This document shows, in pieces, positions 55,238 to 57,345 of a DNA stretch of 57,345 bases. The notes under the pieces are model-generated. The model searched no databases and was not told the origin of the DNA. It was given only the letters and a program-made list of their open reading frames with translations. The DNA comes from an uncultured archaeon (lineage in GTDB: Archaea > Iainarchaeota > Iainarchaeia > Iainarchaeales > JAAZKV01): the NCBI GenBank assembly GCA_902385225.1, contig CABMEU010000017.1:1-57345 (forward strand), in the 5' to 3' direction. Positions within the stretch are counted from its first letter, which is position 1. Each line of letters begins with the position of its first letter. Made by a program: the position numbers and the translations under genes.

Positions 55238-57345
55238 TCAGCACGCTTTATTTTCCCATGTGAGCCATGGGTATCCTGCCCCTCTGCATATGCTCCAGTT
55301 GCCGTCTGTGGTTGAGTATTTGTTTCCTGAAATATTTGTCCAAGTGCCCCACGAAGCCATAGGCTCGTTTGTATCATAATAAGCCCAAGTAGGATTACTA
55401 TTTCCTGAGTTCACGCCTGTTCCTGTTCCGCATTCTGCCTGCTCAGTTCTATACAAGTCACAATAACTATTTGTTGCGCTTCCAACATATCCGGTTAACC
55501 CGTGTGTGTAAGTGGATCCCACTGTGCGCCCGCTGGCAAAAGAATTCACAAGCGGACCGCCGTTATATACAAGTACCCCCGCAGCCAAGCCGTTGACTGT
55601 GCCCGCGGTATAACTATTTATTGTTGTTCCGTAGCAGGTAGTTGAGAATCCTCCCGCACCTGAAGAATTTGATGTAACATTTGCTGTGGAATAACTATTG
55701 AGTATTGTCCCAGAATTATTTCCTGCTATTCCTCCCGTTCCATTCATATTCGGTCCAACTCCGCTTGACTTTACAGTAACACTTGATATTATCCCATAAT
55801 TGATTCCCGCAAGCAGTCCTACTTCGCCGGAGTTGCCCCCGCTCTGATTATTGCACCAGGATGTTCCTAACGCAAAAGAATTATACTGCCCAATAAATAC
55901 TATTACATTTGAATCAACGATTGCAAGTTTTTGTACTTTTCCGCCTGACAAAATACTATCAAATATTCCTCCTCTCTCGCAGTTCGCTCCCTCGGTGAGT
56001 GTTTTTCTAATATACAATTTGCTGATTGTTTTTGCGTTGCCGTCAAGAAACCCGTTAAAGGAAGAGATTGGGGTGAATCCTTTCCCGCTGTTCCAATTTA
56101 TCGTGTCAGCGCAGTTGATGTCTTTAAGCAAAGCGTATCGTGCGGTTAAGTTGCTGTCTATTTTTTGCAGCATTACGCAGTCACATATTCCATAAGGGGT
56201 TGTACTGCTTCCGTCCCCGCCAGAGAAATATCCCCCCGCGCTGTGACTAGTGCAGTCGCTCTCAACCCGTGCAAGAGTAAGGTTTCTTGAAGCGCTTGCT
56301 TTGGCAGAGTTATTGCTATAATCAATGCAATTAATGTCCCATATGTGGGTCCCAAAGCTTAGTGAATCAATTGAGTAATAAATTGAGTTTGATCCCTGCG
56401 CAGGTGAAGAAACCTCATTTTTATCTACCCCGTCGATGAGAAGAATACACTTTTGCAGGTCATTATTGTCTCCTGCGCTAAACAAAAAGCTTGTTGTCCC
56501 GCCATAAGAAAAAATGTTATCGCTTGGCGAGGATAATGCGATTGTTGGAGGAGTAGTGTCCGTCCCAATAATCGTGTATGTAATATTTCTTGTTGCTGGT
56601 GAGTCAGAAATCCCTAAAGTATCAACGCAATTCACATCCCAAGTATGCAGACCCGCTCCAAGAGCTGACAAATTATATGTGATTGTGTTGCTGGAATTAT
56701 TAACCACCCCAGTCAATTGCGCCCTTGAAACATTATCAACTAATAAATCGCAAGAGCTTAGTGAATTACTTGCGCTTACATTGAAAATAAAGTTTGTGCT
56801 GTTGCTTGATACTGTTGCTCCTGCAGAGGGCGAACTGAGAGTTACAAATACTACTCCTTCAGGGGTGATTACTCCATTTGTGTCAACTGCCCCTCCATTG
56901 TTAGCCGCGAGCGCAGTAGCGGCGCACTCAATGGTTACTGAATAAGTGTCCTTTTTCCCTATTCCGCTGCCCGAAGTGTAGTATATTACCGCTTCGCAGG
57001 TCTTTGTTTTTCCCTCATTTCCTGCGCATGAACACGCATTTTCTAGGTTGCTTAATGAAAAAAGAAATCTTGATCCAAGTCCTATTCGTTTGTTAAAGTT
57101 ATTATCCGCCCCATCAATAGAGATTCCAGTTATAGTCATCCTGTCCCCCGAGTTGTTCTGAAGACTAATTAATCCGCTCCCATCAGTGCCGATAATCGCA
57201 TCCGCGATGCTGATTCCACCTTGTGTTAAGTTACTTGTTTTTCCGCTGGCGATTGCCACTCCTTCAGAATTATTAGTTGAAAGTATAAGCGTAGCGACAA
57301 CTAAAGATATGATAATAATTATCCCGAGTATAACAAGATACTCAA
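55238..57345 (-). CDS. Class III signal peptide (pilin-like) adhesin with 2 Ig-like domains and GLUG repeats; 5' end beyond the window
   Basis: Frame is open to the window end (…EYLVILGIIIIISLVV); two L.SP...C.L..D...HTWD.NC.D Ig repeats; same C-terminus YPWLTWENKAC. Confidence 0.85.
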   Translation of the reverse strand, partial: EYLVILGIIIIISLVVATLILSTNNSEGVAIASGKTSNLTQGGISIADAIIGTDGSGLISLQNNSGDRMTITGISIDGADNNFNKRIGLGSRFLFSLSNLENACSCAGNEGKTKTCEAVIYYTSGSGIGKKDTYSVTIECAATALAANNGGAVDTNGVITPEGVVFVTLSSPSAGATVSSNSTNFIFNVSASNSLSSCDLLVDNVSRAQLTGVVNNSSNTITYNLSALGAGLHTWDVNCVDTLGISDSPATRNITYTIIGTDTTPPTIALSSPSDNIFSYGGTTSFLFSAGDNNDLQKCILLIDGVDKNEVSSPAQGSNSIYYSIDSLSFGTHIWDINCIDYSNNSAKASASRNLTLARVESDCTSHSAGGYFSGGDGSSTTPYGICDCVMLQKIDSNLTARYALLKDINCADTINWNSGKGFTPISSFNGFLDGNAKTISKLYIRKTLTEGANCERGGIFDSILSGGKVQKLAIVDSNVIVFIGQYNSFALGTSWCNNQSGGNSGEVGLLAGINYGIISSVTVKSSGVGPNMNGTGGIAGNNSGTILNSYSTANVTSNSSGAGGFSTTCYGTTINSYTAGTVNGLAAGVLVYNGGPLVNSFASGRTVGSTYTHGLTGYVGSATNSYCDLYRTEQAECGTGTGVNSGNSNPTWAYYDTNEPMASWGTWTNISGNKYSTTDGNWSICRGAGYPWLTWENKAC

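Noticed and set aside
69..56945. Many short antisense or overlapping ORFs in the track (e.g. 69-260, 1134-1424, 36472-36885, 47859-48137, 52776-53168)
   Set aside because: They are shadows of better-supported genes and have no motifs or expression signals.
1..57345. Stop-codon reassignment suggested by in-frame stops at 155, 4581 and 50051
   Set aside because: The stops are of different types (TGA, TAA). TAA, TGA and TAG all end clear genes at the expected positions (ahcY TAA, radical SAM TGA, argF TAG).

Overview
A 57 kb chromosomal segment of an archaeon, most likely a DPANN lineage. Ca. Iainarchaeota/Diapherotrites is my inference, based on BRE/TATA leaderless promoters, GGTGA-type RBSs, class III signal peptide 'AQGTIEYL' pilin-like proteins, XPD and Rad25-like helicases, and bacterial-type anabolic genes. 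Housekeeping and metabolic genes (ahcY, argF, serA, dus, XPD, an ABC-2 exporter, a radical SAM/SPASM enzyme, GT2/GT39) are interleaved with about 18 strongly basic orphan or divergent-enzyme genes that carry Lys/Arg/Pro-rich N-termini. Main observations: (1) a co-oriented array at 31.7-38.8 kb whose genes are separated by a recurring ~24-bp repeat (GACTCACTTTGTTGGACACTTTTT) and share an extended promoter; (2) a 28-bp dif-like site at 42121-42148, close to where gene orientation switches; (3) an unannotated ~300-nt highly structured RNA candidate at 5536-5860, between a TATA box and a hairpin terminator; (4) three genes with in-frame stops, one of them inside an apparent 81-nt insertion; (5) microproteins missed by the ORF track, namely a C2H2 zinc finger and a Cys-rich 49-mer; (6) tandem modular Cys-rich surface and pilin-like paralogs. 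I found no rRNA, tRNA, CRISPR array, transposase or integrase. All calls were made by eye from the sequence; no searches were run.
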